Positions 1 through 10,221 of a stretch of DNA of 26,944 bases are shown here, piece by piece (the first letter of the stretch is position 1; each line of letters begins with the position of its first letter). Source of the stretch: Candidatus Thorarchaeota archaeon (GTDB lineage Archaea > Asgardarchaeota > Thorarchaeia > Thorarchaeales > Thorarchaeaceae). Both the position numbers and the translations under genes were made by a program. Under the pieces are notes generated by a model. The model saw only the letters and a list, made by a program, of their open reading frames with translations. It ran no database searches and was not told the origin of the DNA. Location: the NCBI GenBank assembly GCA_003345595.1, contig PRDI01000102.1, positions 1-26,944 of the forward strand, read 5' to 3'.

Positions 1-3000
1 CCATATCATGACTGGGGGCTGGTATCTGTCACAAGTCCATCCGGTCAGACGAAGACCACACCCCGTGACTGGACAGCCAAAGCGGGCACTCTGACTGTCA
101 GGTCTTCAGCCATCGACTCGCAAGGTGTCTGGTCTCTCGAGTTTGTTCAGTACAACTCGGTTCTTGACGCAAAACTGGGAGTGAGTGGAGGGGCCATCCG
201 TACCACGGAAACCTTCAACATAGGACAGGAAGCCGAGTTCCATGGATGGACACCTTGGGTGGCAGGCGAAGTAACAAAGCTGGTCCTATGGGATCCTTCG
301 GGTTCAGTCTGGTATTCCGCAACAAACGCTACAGTCGGCAGCTCCACACACCTAATGCCTTCTCTCAAGTATAGAAAGAACATAGTCATCAATCACCTGA
401 AGGTCGCTGGCACTCTCACAGACTTTCCAGTATGCGTAAACATCTACGACTCCGACCTATGCAATCCTTCCAAGGTGCAGTCTGATGCAGATGACATCGT
501 CTTTGTGTCGAATGGCATCGTGCTTCCTCATGAGGTGGAGCTCCTTGAGCAGAACTACAACTCGACCAAAGCACATCTCGTGGCATGGGTTAAGGCCAAT
601 CTGTCCAGCAGCGTCGACACGACAATCTCCATGTACTACGGCAATCCCGTCCTCGGGCCTCAAGAGGACCCTGAGGCCGTTTGGAGCAACAGCTATAGTG
701 GCGTCTGGCACCTAACAGAGACTCCGACAGGAATGAGCGGCGAAATCGTGGACAGCAGCCAGTTCAGTAACGACGGCAAGACACTCGGGTCAATGAGTTC
801 GTCCGACTTGGTCAATGCAAGCATAGGCAAAGGACTGAGGCTGGATGGCATCAACGACATAATCATGGTTCCTGATAGCTCCACACTTGATGCTGTCAAC
901 GACAGAGGAACGCTCCAGCTTTGGATCAACTGGGTCAATGCAGCAGACGGAGGATACCAGAGAGTTCTCACATCAAGTAACAGGTTCCCTCTCGGAGGTG
1001 GGGATAATGGCTTTGAGTGGGCTTCGCAACCCGGAGGAAACCACTTCTTCTATCCATGGGGCGGCAATGACAGCAACTACAATCTCGGTCCAAACCCGTT
1101 CACCAACGGCAAGTGGCACTATTTGGTTGTAACATATGACTACTCGACGAAAAGCACGACTATCTACGTCGATGGCGCACCAATGACACTGACCACCATC
1201 AATGTCCCCACAGGCTGGACACAGCTAGCAACTCTCGACGATTGGATGTGGGGTGGGAATCTGCCTGACTACCCAACCGACGGGGTCGCTGGCATGTATG
1301 ACGAGATACGTGTTTCTGATGTCGCGCGCTCAGCGCAATGGATACAGACTGAATACAACTGTCAGAGCAGTCCAAGCACATTCTACACTGTTGGAGCTGA
1401 GTCACAGAGGCCCGCGGCAGAACCCATATTCAGAAAGACGATTGACACTTCTGCGCCCGCCGGACTATGGACTGCTAGTATATACTACAATGACACGAAT
1501 GGGAATGTCAACTACAGAGTAGGCAACTACGAGCGGAGCTTTGTCATACGACATGGATCAACTCTGGCACTTCTCTCCCCTATAGATGCAGTCAGTGATG
1601 GCATATCCACGAGAGTTGTGGGCGACATGCTGCTCGTTGAAGTCAACCTGACGGACACTATCGGCTCCCAAAGTATCACTGATGCAGCAGTGAGTCTGAA
1701 CTGGTCGGTATCCGGTGTCCCGTCCAATGTACTCCTTGAGGATTACGGGACAGGTGTCTACGGCAAGTCGCTGAACACCAGTGACCTCGGCACCATGGGC
1801 AGATGGAGGTTGGGAATTCAGGCCCAGCACCAATACTACTCGACCTCGAGCCTCTCATTCTATCTGGACCTTTCCCACAGGACCAGAATCACATACCAGA
1901 GTCCAGCATCGGCACCATACGGTGATGACTTTGTTGCGAGGCTAACATTGTGCGACAGTTACTCCGGAGCGCTCATACCGGGTGCACAGATCACCTCCAA
2001 TGGAACAATAGTGGGCGCAATTCTGGACTATGGCAATGGTACCTACAGGATTGTACTCGAAACCAATGGACTCAGCGCAGGTCTGCATGGTTATGAGATT
2101 CGGGCCGACCCATCTCAGTCGTATCTGTTGAACTGCTCAAGTACCATCTCCTTCACCTATAGGACCATAGCAACCGACCTCAGTTCGACCGGAACAGATC
2201 CGGCGAATGTTCCATGGGGAATGGATGCCAATGTCACACTGCATTGGCGCGACTCGGACCATGGACTGATTGGCATCACAGGTGGCACTGTCAGCGGCAG
2301 CTCAATCGACAGCTGGACCAGTGTAGGAAATGGCAACTACTCCGTCAGGATTGATGTCAGTACTCAAGGACCCGGAGTCTATCAGTTCACGTTCCAGCTT
2401 TCTCGAGTCAACTATCAGAGCGCTTCAATAATCGTTACAGTCAGTGTAGTTCCACATCGCACATATGTCGCGGCGTCGTATAACAGCTCTGTACCCCTCG
2501 GGTGTGACACGTACTTCAGCCTCGTCTTCCATGACCTCGACGCAGGTGGCACCCAGATCCTCGGCAACTTCTCAGGGGTAACTGCTCAGTGGACAGGAGG
2601 CTCTTCGAATCATGCATCCAGGCAATTCTGGCTCCAGACCAGCAGCTGGGGTGCGGGCACCTATGTAGTCAACCTGACCCTTAAGGCGACCACAAGTCCA
2701 AGATACTACTACGACTCACTGCTCGCCACTCAAGTCGTCATACGGAAGCTCGCCACCTCATTGACATGGAATCACTTCGACTTGATGCCCATCGGGGACA
2801 ATCTGCGCATTGTCCTTCATGTGAGCGTGAATGAGGCGACCTCGCCGTACCATGCTAACCCCGTGAATGGACTCACAATCACCCACTTCGCCGCGAAGAA
2901 CGCGGCAGGCAGCTCCTACACAATAGAGAGTCTGGTGGCTTGGGGCACTGGCTACTACAATATGACCATCAATGCTTCCTATTTCTCGGCCGGCGGAAAC

Positions 3001-6000
3001 TTCACAGTCCGAGTCTATGTGACCTTCACAACAGAGAACTATGTAGGCACACAAACACCCATCATCACTTTCGCGTATCGGAATGCGCGTTCCCACCTCT
3101 CGTCACCTGACTACCCACTCGCTACAGTTGCCTACAGTACGAATGTGACGATAACTTTGAACTTCGAAGACTTGGACCGTGGAACGGGCATAGTCACCGG
3201 GACCGTGACTGCCATCGGAGCATCTATCGTCAGCACGACACAAGTTGCAGAGGGGGAGTACAAAGTTGTACTAGAGTCATCCACATGGAGCATCGGAGAC
3301 TACAACGTCAATCTGACCGCATCCGCCGCCGACTACGAGGACCAGACGATCTCATTGACCATAAGGATCAGAGCAGTCCGAACATTCGCCGTACCTACTG
3401 TGGGGTTGCTCGACGTCCCGGTTGGGGACTCCAGAGTGTTCTATGCGGACTATGTAGACATGGACCACAACACTGCTTTGTCACTCGCGAGTGGTGCCTG
3501 CAACTGGACTGGCGTTCACTACACTATTGGCTGGGCCGGTTCCCGGTACATGATTACAGTAGTGACATACGAAACGGACAGACTTGGTACATACCTGTTG
3601 ATGTTCAACTTCACATACGGACCTAACTACCAATTGGGTTGCTTCAACGTCACTGTTGACGTACGCACAATACAGACCGAGTTCAGGCTCGTTGCACCTA
3701 TTGAGCCAACGACCTCTACAGGTCAGATTCTCATCTCAGTCTTTTACGGGGATCGTGACCACAACACAGGAATCATGTCTGCTTTCGTGCAGTGTACTGT
3801 AAGAAACGATACTGGCATAGTAATCCGCACTTGGAACAATGTTACAGGTTCTGCAGGATACTATGAAATCCAGATTGCAGCATCCCAGTTCGGAGGATTG
3901 GGGGCACAGCACTTCACCGTTTTGTTTAGCTGGACCGGAGCGACACAGAAGTATGAGAATAGATCCCTGTCCGTGAGCGGAGATATAATAGGAAAGGAGT
4001 CAGTGCTGACCCTGATATCGGCAGAGCTACCCTCACCTTGCCTCACAAACATGAGCTATGAGTTTCTCTTCTCAAATTCGACCGGCTTTGGAGTAGACAA
4101 TTCCACTCAGGACGTCTCCGTCCGAGCTGTGTTCGTGGATGCATCTGTAGATCTCTCCAAGATAGACATCTGGGAAACTGATAGAGTAATGAAGCCCGGC
4201 CACTACAGCATCAGGTTCAACAATACGATCCTTGGCGCTACGGGGCTCTTCTCCATGCGTGTCTTCATCAATTGGTCAAGTGGTGCATGGCCTTACTACA
4301 CCAACAGGACTGATGTCATCTCAGTAAGAGTGTTGTCCAGAAGCACAATGCTGTCGATCGTCCCACCAACCAACGTGCCGTATGGAGAGAACGCGACCTT
4401 CTCTTTCAGCTACGAGGATGTCACGGGAGGCACTCCTCTGACTATAGGGTATGACTCGTACCATATGGCAATCAGTATCATTCCTCACGACTTCTCGGTC
4501 TACTACAATGCCCTGACAAGAGTATTCACGATCGCAATCAATACAAGTCAATTCGGAGCTCCTCTTGGAGCTAGGACATTCACGCTTGACGTCACATGGT
4601 CGGGTGTCCCGTTCTATAGCAACATCACCGGGAGGGTAGTCTCTGTCACCCTCGTACCACGTCAGACTTCTCTCACCTATCCAACCCCGCCAACGACAGC
4701 CTATGCAGACAACGCCACATTTGTCGTCACATGGGTAGATGTCACAGGCGCAGAACCAGAAGAGATCAGCAATGTGAGTGTCGGTCTGTACGATGGAACG
4801 GCCGCCATCCCATTAGCGCATTACTCTATCAGGGTCCTTGGAAGCGGCAGATACGAAGCCCAGCTGAAGACTACATACTTTGGCTCGCCCGGGATATACG
4901 CTATAACACTGCGAATGAACTCGACCGCGTTCTACATTGAGAGGGTGGAGGATACCCGCAACCTCGTTGTTTCGTACCGTTCCACAATACTGACCGCAGA
5001 CCAGACAGGTGCAATACCCTTCAACATACCCATTGAGGTGGCACTACGGTACCAAGACCTCAGTACACTCCAGGCGATTGCCAATAGTACTGGTGCTCCC
5101 ATTGAGGTCACAGTCTTGAACGGAACAGCATGGACATTCACCTGTGTCTGGAGGCCTTCATTTCAAGATTATTGGCTCTCTGTCGAAACTGCAGGACGTG
5201 GCCTCAATGTGGGTACGCCTTACATCCTGAGATTGAACTTCAGTGCTCCGAATCAGTCGCCGTTCTACACATGGGCATGTGCGGATTTACACTTCTCACT
5301 GAGGAACAGATACTCTGCTCTCGAACTCACTTCTGCAGCCTTGCCCACTCCCTACATGGAACTCGCCAACTTCACGGTCCTTTTCAAGGACCTACAATCC
5401 GGATCGGGAATCACTGGGGCCATTGTTACCGTTTACTACGGGGTGACCCAGCTGCAGATGGGCACGCACTATCTGCTTACTGCAACTGGTGATGGTCACT
5501 ATATCGTATCTCTCAACTCGACAGCACTCACTGACCCGGGCGCAAAGACTGTCCACATACTGGCCGACTGGACTAGTGGTTCACCCTACTTTGGAAATGC
5601 ATCAGTTGATGTCAGCGTGTCTGTGACCCGAAGGCCAACGAGCCTTCAGATCATCGTCCCACCGTCGCAGACACGGTATCTTGACAATGTGTCATTCAGC
5701 TTTGTGTTTACCGATCTGACTGACAACCGTGCTATCACTGCCTTGGCTCCGGAAGATATCACGGTCTGGGCAAACGGAACGCCACTGCCTATGATAAGCT
5801 ACACACTGACCATGGTCGGCGCGCAATTCACCTTGGTTGTGAGCTCAACTTCGCTGAGTTCTCGCCTCGTGAATCCGTCGAACTACAATTTGACTGTCGA
5901 GGTCAATTGGAACGACCTGGACGAGCCATACTACTCTGACTACTCTGAAACCATCCGGGTGACTACGACGCAGAGGATAGGCACCGTCAATCTGGGACAG

Positions 6001-9000
6001 GTCACCACCACACCAATGGGCGACAATGTGTCTCTCTCCCTGACATTCCTGGACGCTTCCACGAGTGCTCCTATACAAGGAGCACTGGTCAAGCTAGCGT
6101 GCCTCAACAAGACGGGACTTGTCGAGAACGCAGACTACTGGATCTATGATAATGGCACAGGAACCTACACGGTCCTTGTCAGTTCGTCGTCGCTCGGTGA
6201 CCTCGGTCAATACATCTTTGCTTTAGAGGTCGGCTGGGACCCTCTGGATGCGCCTTACTACTCCAATGTCACAGCTCTGGGCATGACGGCGGTGGTACGC
6301 CTCGTTCAAGCATCGCTTGCTTGTGATCTTCCCACTCCATCAGTCATAGCATTCCTTCAGAATGTGTCTATCGTTGTAAACATGACTGACAATGATCGTT
6401 CCGTTCCAGTCAATGGAGCTGAAGGAGCGATCTCAGTTGTCTACAAGTCCTCAATGCTGGAGCCCGCACAGTGGTCCGTCAGAGCGCTTGGAGGAGGAGT
6501 ATACAACATTACTGTGAATATCACGGAATCGGCTGCAATAGGCCCGCAGACCTTCGTCATCAGGGCAAGTTTCTATCCATACGCATCCGCTCAGATCGAA
6601 ACAACAGTTCAAGTCCGTCTTCGCATAGGACTCCTCTCAGCAGAGGTTCAGCCAGCAGTCTATGCGGGAGAAGTCACGTTCGTCATCATGAATCTGACTG
6701 ATTTCGAAGCCGCTGATGCACCTCTGAACGGAGCATCACTGAATCTGACTTGGGGTGACAGTGCATTCTGGCACGAACTAGGTGGGGGACTCTACAATGT
6801 CACTCTCATCACAGAAAGATTGGTTCATGGAGTCAATGCGTTGGTGGTTGGTGCCAGTCTGTCGTTCTATGACATCGAGTCACTGCAGCTTGACCTCGAC
6901 TTGCTCAGCGTCCCTTCACAGATTTCGATCGCAGAACAGTTACCATCCGAGCTGTACTGGGGAGATAACATCACTATCTACGCCGCTTTCAATGACACAT
7001 TGCACAACGAACTGATTCCTTCTGCATTGTTGACATATACATGGATCGGCGGGAGTGGAACCCTCTCTCAGACGGGTATGCGAGGCAACTACTCGGCTAC
7101 TTTGAACACTGCTCTCGCCGAGAGCAAGACGACGGTAGAGATCATGATCACCGCATCGTCACCAAACTATGACAACGCGACTGCTCAGGTTGTCTTCCGT
7201 CTTCTGCCCCGACTGTTTCAGATCATGTCTGACAGGGGGTTCGCGTTCTCTGTCAACAGACGCAGTACAGCAGTCATAACCGTAGACATACAAGATCAGC
7301 TGATGGGGAGCCCAGTCACAGGTGCCTCTCTTACTGCAGACTGGCTGTATGGTACTAGCGTGTTCACGGAGGTTCCTGGGCAGCTTGGGCATTACACAGT
7401 GTCCATTCTAACAGACCAGACTGTAACATATCAGAGTTATCAGATCGAGGTCACTGCATCCAAAGAGAACTTCCTTGATGCTTCGGTCATCTTCAGCATG
7501 TCGATATCCCCGATTCTTACCGTCGTCTGGTTTGACAGCACCACAGCTTCGTATGAATACACAATGATAAACTGGTCGCAGCAAGTTAGAGTCGGAGTCT
7601 ATGTTCTTGCAATAGGACTCAATGAGTCTAGTCCCTGGCAGACCGGCATTTCGGCATGCAACGTGACTTGGTATTCACCCGAGCTAGCAGCGGGCGGAAC
7701 CCTCACAAATGGCACCGCCATCGGAGGACCCGGATACTACTACTACGATTTCAATACCACAGAGTCCACAGCAGTCCTCCACACGTTCAGGATATACGCG
7801 AAACCTCTCAGCACCGAGTTTGAGGACTCTCAGAATGCCACCACACTTTTCATTAGGAACCTGCCGACATCAGTTGTTTCACCTGGTTCGCAGGACGTCA
7901 TTTGGTGCTGGACAGGTACAGTAAACTTCACGTACATGGACACCTATCACAATCGTGGAATTCCGGAGGCAGATGCTTCATTTTACTGGGCTGGTGGACA
8001 GGGCCAGTTCCTTGAAGCTGAGAATGGAGTATACGCCATCCTGATAGATAGTTCTAGAGTACGCCCCGGCTTGTACAGGCTCACTGTCAGCTTCCTCAAG
8101 GCCAATTACGACTCGGCAGAACTGAGCATTAGCATTAGAGTTTCTCCCGTCCCAACAGAAGTGGTACTCACACTGCCGTCATACTTCTACGTCGGTGGAA
8201 GCGTCGAGAGTCTTCAGATTCCATACGGAGATTCTATGGATGTTCTATTGTTGTACAACGACTCGATAGCCGGAGCAGGAGTACCAGGCGCTCTCATCGA
8301 GAAAGCTACGTTTTCAGGACCCGGCTTCTTCGAAGCGCCCTTCGACCTGACTGAAGTGGGCTTCGGCAACTACGGCTTCCGCTTCGATACTACTGAATGG
8401 TCCATCGGCGACACGTTCACCTTCAGCATACTGCTATCATTGGAGAACCGAACGGCTGCTACCATTCAGTTCCAGATTCAAGTAATCGAAATCCCCACTG
8501 ACGTCCTGCTTGATATTCAGCCTGAGGTTTCGATGTTCTATGGTTCAAATGCAACCTTCTGGGTTTACTATGCGGACACCTGGGACGGCCATACCACAGA
8601 AGCAATTCTCGATGCATCTGTGACGGTTGAGAATACCGGGCCGCAATTCGTTGATGTTATCTATGAAGGACAAGACCCGCTGAGAGCAGGATGGTACGGC
8701 TTCAGGCTCATTGGCCTAAGGGCAACTGGTACTGCAGACGTGACAGTGAATCTGAACAAGACCCTCTACGAAACCAGGAGCGTACGTCTGACTGTATCTG
8801 TCAGCCCATCGGAATCCGATATTCTCGTCGGACAAGTCATCACATACGGCTCAGCACTCGCCCTTCTGCTTCTAGGTGTCGCGATACTGTGGGTACGTGT
8901 ACTCAGAGTGCCTAAGCCGGTAAGAAAGATGACCCATCTTATCAAGCAGCTTAGGAAGGGACGTGTGCCAAAGCCCGTTACTGGTGTCAAGAGCAGGCAG

Positions 9001-10116
9001 CAGATACTCACAGAGCTGTTCAACGAAATCTCGAAACCCATTGGAGTCAGCCGCAAACCCGGGGTCATCGCTGCAGAGTCGATTGAGGTCAAGGTCCCTC
9101 AGATCGAGGAACTGACTGTTGAGCTCTCGATTCTCACCAAGATGAGCCAAGAGGAGCTGGACATGTTCAGGACCGAGATCGCGAAGATGAAGCTCAGTGA
9201 CCAAACCACGTTTGCCAAAGAGGTCATCAACCAGGAGGCAATTAGGGTGGCCAAGGCACAAGGCAAGTCAGTCGAACAGGTACTCAAGGAAGTAAGAGAG
9301 GAGAGAGTTAGAAGGATTGGCGGCACAGAGGGCGCACCAGTAGCTGCTCCAGAAACGCTCGAAATCCTCGAAGAGGTGAAGGAAGCGGAGGTTGCCCCCG
9401 AGGACAGGCTAACGGATGAGGAGCTCAGAATCATGAGGGAAGAGCTCGAGAGACGAGGACTTCCGGCGCATGAAATAGAGCCAGTCATGGCGCAAGCAAG
9501 GGAGTTGCCAAGAGATGTGGGCGAAGCGTTACTCAGGAGCTTCGGAGAGAAGGTAATGCATGAGGAGCCCGAAGAAGCTGCGGAAAGCAAGGAGTTCTTG
9601 TCCGAAGCAGAACTTCAGGAACTAAGGAAGCTGCTAGAGAAGAAGAGAGTCAGTTCTCGTGAGATAGAGTCCATCGTCGCTCAGGCGAAGGAATTGCCTC
9701 GAAACCTTGCTTACGAGCTTCTTGAGAGTAGGGGCGTCACAAAGAAAGCAGCCAAGAAAGCACCGCCTATCGAAACGCTGTCCACTTCGGAGGTGGAGGA
9801 TCTGCGAGAGGAACTGCGACAGAAAGGTCTACCAGCCCAAGAGGCAGACTCAATAGTCGAACAGGCACGGACAGTTCCAAAGCACTTGGTCGGGGAATTC
9901 CTCAAGAGCGTTGGGGCCAAGAAAGCACCGATAGAAGAAGAAAAGGCGGAGTTCGAGGACAGGCTCAGCGAGTTCGAAATCGAAGATTTGCGGAAGCAGC
10001 TACAGGAGAGAAAGCTGCCACCGGATGAGGTCGACATGATGGTCGCGCAGGCGAAGAACCTACCGAAGGCTCTCATCGAGGAACTCCTGAAGAGTATCGA
10101 CGCTGATCGATCATAG
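1..10116 (+). CDS. Giant single-pass surface glycoprotein, 5'-partial: DUF2341 + LamG/ConA-like domain, about 20-25 Ig-like repeats, TM helix, cytoplasmic helical repeats
   Basis: Frame +1 has no stop from base 1 (PYHDWGLVSV...) to TAG at 10116, so the true start lies upstream and the GTG at 181 is internal. DUF2341-like segment (YRKNIVINH..FPVCV..DDIVF..LPHEVE..AWVK..MYYGNP, ~370-660). LamG-like segment (GVWHL..LDGINDII..WHYLVVTYD..IYVDG..GMYDEIRVSDVARSAQWI, ~700-1400). Recurrent ~100-110 aa beta-rich units (D..G..I.GA.V..G.G.Y.+.L.T..L..G.Y). Many N-x-S/T sequons. TM segment VITYGSALALLLLGVAILWV (~8836-8895) followed by a K/R-rich stretch. Confidence 0.9.
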   Translation, partial: PYHDWGLVSVTSPSGQTKTTPRDWTAKAGTLTVRSSAIDSQGVWSLEFVQYNSVLDAKLGVSGGAIRTTETFNIGQEAEFHGWTPWVAGEVTKLVLWDPSGSVWYSATNATVGSSTHLMPSLKYRKNIVINHLKVAGTLTDFPVCVNIYDSDLCNPSKVQSDADDIVFVSNGIVLPHEVELLEQNYNSTKAHLVAWVKANLSSSVDTTISMYYGNPVLGPQEDPEAVWSNSYSGVWHLTETPTGMSGEIVDSSQFSNDGKTLGSMSSSDLVNASIGKGLRLDGINDIIMVPDSSTLDAVNDRGTLQLWINWVNAADGGYQRVLTSSNRFPLGGGDNGFEWASQPGGNHFFYPWGGNDSNYNLGPNPFTNGKWHYLVVTYDYSTKSTTIYVDGAPMTLTTINVPTGWTQLATLDDWMWGGNLPDYPTDGVAGMYDEIRVSDVARSAQWIQTEYNCQSSPSTFYTVGAESQRPAAEPIFRKTIDTSAPAGLWTASIYYNDTNGNVNYRVGNYERSFVIRHGSTLALLSPIDAVSDGISTRVVGDMLLVEVNLTDTIGSQSITDAAVSLNWSVSGVPSNVLLEDYGTGVYGKSLNTSDLGTMGRWRLGIQAQHQYYSTSSLSFYLDLSHRTRITYQSPASAPYGDDFVARLTLCDSYSGALIPGAQITSNGTIVGAILDYGNGTYRIVLETNGLSAGLHGYEIRADPSQSYLLNCSSTISFTYRTIATDLSSTGTDPANVPWGMDANVTLHWRDSDHGLIGITGGTVSGSSIDSWTSVGNGNYSVRIDVSTQGPGVYQFTFQLSRVNYQSASIIVTVSVVPHRTYVAASYNSSVPLGCDTYFSLVFHDLDAGGTQILGNFSGVTAQWTGGSSNHASRQFWLQTSSWGAGTYVVNLTLKATTSPRYYYDSLLATQVVIRKLATSLTWNHFDLMPIGDNLRIVLHVSVNEATSPYHANPVNGLTITHFAAKNAAGSSYTIESLVAWGTGYYNMTINASYFSAGGNFTVRVYVTFTTENYVGTQTPIITFAYRNARSHLSSPDYPLATVAYSTNVTITLNFEDLDRGTGIVTGTVTAIGASIVSTTQVAEGEYKVVLESSTWSIGDYNVNLTASAADYEDQTISLTIRIRAVRTFAVPTVGLLDVPVGDSRVFYADYVDMDHNTALSLASGACNWTGVHYTIGWAGSRYMITVVTYETDRLGTYLLMFNFTYGPNYQLGCFNVTVDVRTIQTEFRLVAPIEPTTSTGQILISVFYGDRDHNTGIMSAFVQCTVRNDTGIVIRTWNNVTGSAGYYEIQIAASQFGGLGAQHFTVLFSWTGATQKYENRSLSVSGDIIGKESVLTLISAELPSPCLTNMSYEFLFSNSTGFGVDNSTQDVSVRAVFVDASVDLSKIDIWETDRVMKPGHYSIRFNNTILGATGLFSMRVFINWSSGAWPYYTNRTDVISVRVLSRSTMLSIVPPTNVPYGENATFSFSYEDVTGGTPLTIGYDSYHMAISIIPHDFSVYYNALTRVFTIAINTSQFGAPLGARTFTLDVTWSGVPFYSNITGRVVSVTLVPRQTSLTYPTPPTTAYADNATFVVTWVDVTGAEPEEISNVSVGLYDGTAAIPLAHYSIRVLGSGRYEAQLKTTYFGSPGIYAITLRMNSTAFYIERVEDTRNLVVSYRSTILTADQTGAIPFNIPIEVALRYQDLSTLQAIANSTGAPIEVTVLNGTAWTFTCVWRPSFQDYWLSVETAGRGLNVGTPYILRLNFSAPNQSPFYTWACADLHFSLRNRYSALELTSAALPTPYMELANFTVLFKDLQSGSGITGAIVTVYYGVTQLQMGTHYLLTATGDGHYIVSLNSTALTDPGAKTVHILADWTSGSPYFGNASVDVSVSVTRRPTSLQIIVPPSQTRYLDNVSFSFVFTDLTDNRAITALAPEDITVWANGTPLPMISYTLTMVGAQFTLVVSSTSLSSRLVNPSNYNLTVEVNWNDLDEPYYSDYSETIRVTTTQRIGTVNLGQVTTTPMGDNVSLSLTFLDASTSAPIQGALVKLACLNKTGLVENADYWIYDNGTGTYTVLVSSSSLGDLGQYIFALEVGWDPLDAPYYSNVTALGMTAVVRLVQASLACDLPTPSVIAFLQNVSIVVNMTDNDRSVPVNGAEGAISVVYKSSMLEPAQWSVRALGGGVYNITVNITESAAIGPQTFVIRASFYPYASAQIETTVQVRLRIGLLSAEVQPAVYAGEVTFVIMNLTDFEAADAPLNGASLNLTWGDSAFWHELGGGLYNVTLITERLVHGVNALVVGASLSFYDIESLQLDLDLLSVPSQISIAEQLPSELYWGDNITIYAAFNDTLHNELIPSALLTYTWIGGSGTLSQTGMRGNYSATLNTALAESKTTVEIMITASSPNYDNATAQVVFRLLPRLFQIMSDRGFAFSVNRRSTAVITVDIQDQLMGSPVTGASLTADWLYGTSVFTEVPGQLGHYTVSILTDQTVTYQSYQIEVTASKENFLDASVIFSMSISPILTVVWFDSTTASYEYTMINWSQQVRVGVYVLAIGLNESSPWQTGISACNVTWYSPELAAGGTLTNGTAIGGPGYYYYDFNTTESTAVLHTFRIYAKPLSTEFEDSQNATTLFIRNLPTSVVSPGSQDVIWCWTGTVNFTYMDTYHNRGIPEADASFYWAGGQGQFLEAENGVYAILIDSSRVRPGLYRLTVSFLKANYDSAELSISIRVSPVPTEVVLTLPSYFYVGGSVESLQIPYGDSMDVLLLYNDSIAGAGVPGALIEKATFSGPGFFEAPFDLTEVGFGNYGFRFDTTEWSIGDTFTFSILLSLENRTAATIQFQIQVIEIPTDVLLDIQPEVSMFYGSNATFWVYYADTWDGHTTEAILDASVTVENTGPQFVDVIYEGQDPLRAGWYGFRLIGLRATGTADVTVNLNKTLYETRSVRLTVSVSPSESDILVGQVITYGSALALLLLGVAILWVRVLRVPKPVRKMTHLIKQLRKGRVPKPVTGVKSRQQILTELFNEISKPIGVSRKPGVIAAESIEVKVPQIEELTVELSILTKMSQEELDMFRTEIAKMKLSDQTTFAKEVINQEAIRVAKAQGKSVEQVLKEVREERVRRIGGTEGAPVAAPETLEILEEVKEAEVAPEDRLTDEELRIMREELERRGLPAHEIEPVMAQARELPRDVGEALLRSFGEKVMHEEPEEAAESKEFLSEAELQELRKLLEKKRVSSREIESIVAQAKELPRNLAYELLESRGVTKKAAKKAPPIETLSTSEVEDLREELRQKGLPAQEADSIVEQARTVPKHLVGEFLKSVGAKKAPIEEEKAEFEDRLSEFEIEDLRKQLQERKLPPDEVDMMVAQAKNLPKALIEELLKSIDADRS
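9409..10095 (+). repeat. Four 44-aa (132-nt) helical protein repeats in the cytoplasmic tail of the giant protein
   Basis: Units at 9409-9540, 9598-9729, 9778-9909 and 9964-10095 align without gaps. Consensus L(S/T)xxE(L/V/I)xxLRxxLxx(R/K)xLPxxExxx(I/V/M)VxQA(R/K)xLP(R/K)xLxxExLxS. Confidence 0.92.
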
Positions 10117-10127
10117 TGGTCTGCAAC

Positions 10128-10161
10128 GTGGGAGGGGTGCCTGAGAAATCAGCCCCCGCAC
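10128..10161 (+). terminator. Stem-loop after the giant gene stop (possible terminator or stability element)
   Basis: CTGA-GAAA-TCAG core with a GNRA loop, extended by GGGG/CCCC and GTG/CAC pairing across bulges. No strong U-tract. Confidence 0.35.
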
Positions 10162-10221
10162 CATTACCGTTATCTGTGTGTATGCCTGCGAACACCGTCA
10201 GCAACTACCAAGGTGCTGGCG

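Noticed and set aside
181-183. GTG at 181 as the start of the giant protein
   Set aside because: The frame is open back to base 1 and no signal peptide follows position 181, so the gene is 5'-truncated by the window.
147-10076. Numerous short ORFs on both strands inside the giant CDS (e.g. 9099-9590, 9711-10076)
   Set aside because: They are antisense or off-frame shadows. Their Ser-rich composition mirrors the Glu/Arg codons of the real gene.
10117-10165. SECIS-like element
   Set aside because: There is no clear GAA/A or AUGA/GA core, and no in-frame TGA in the visible flanking genes.
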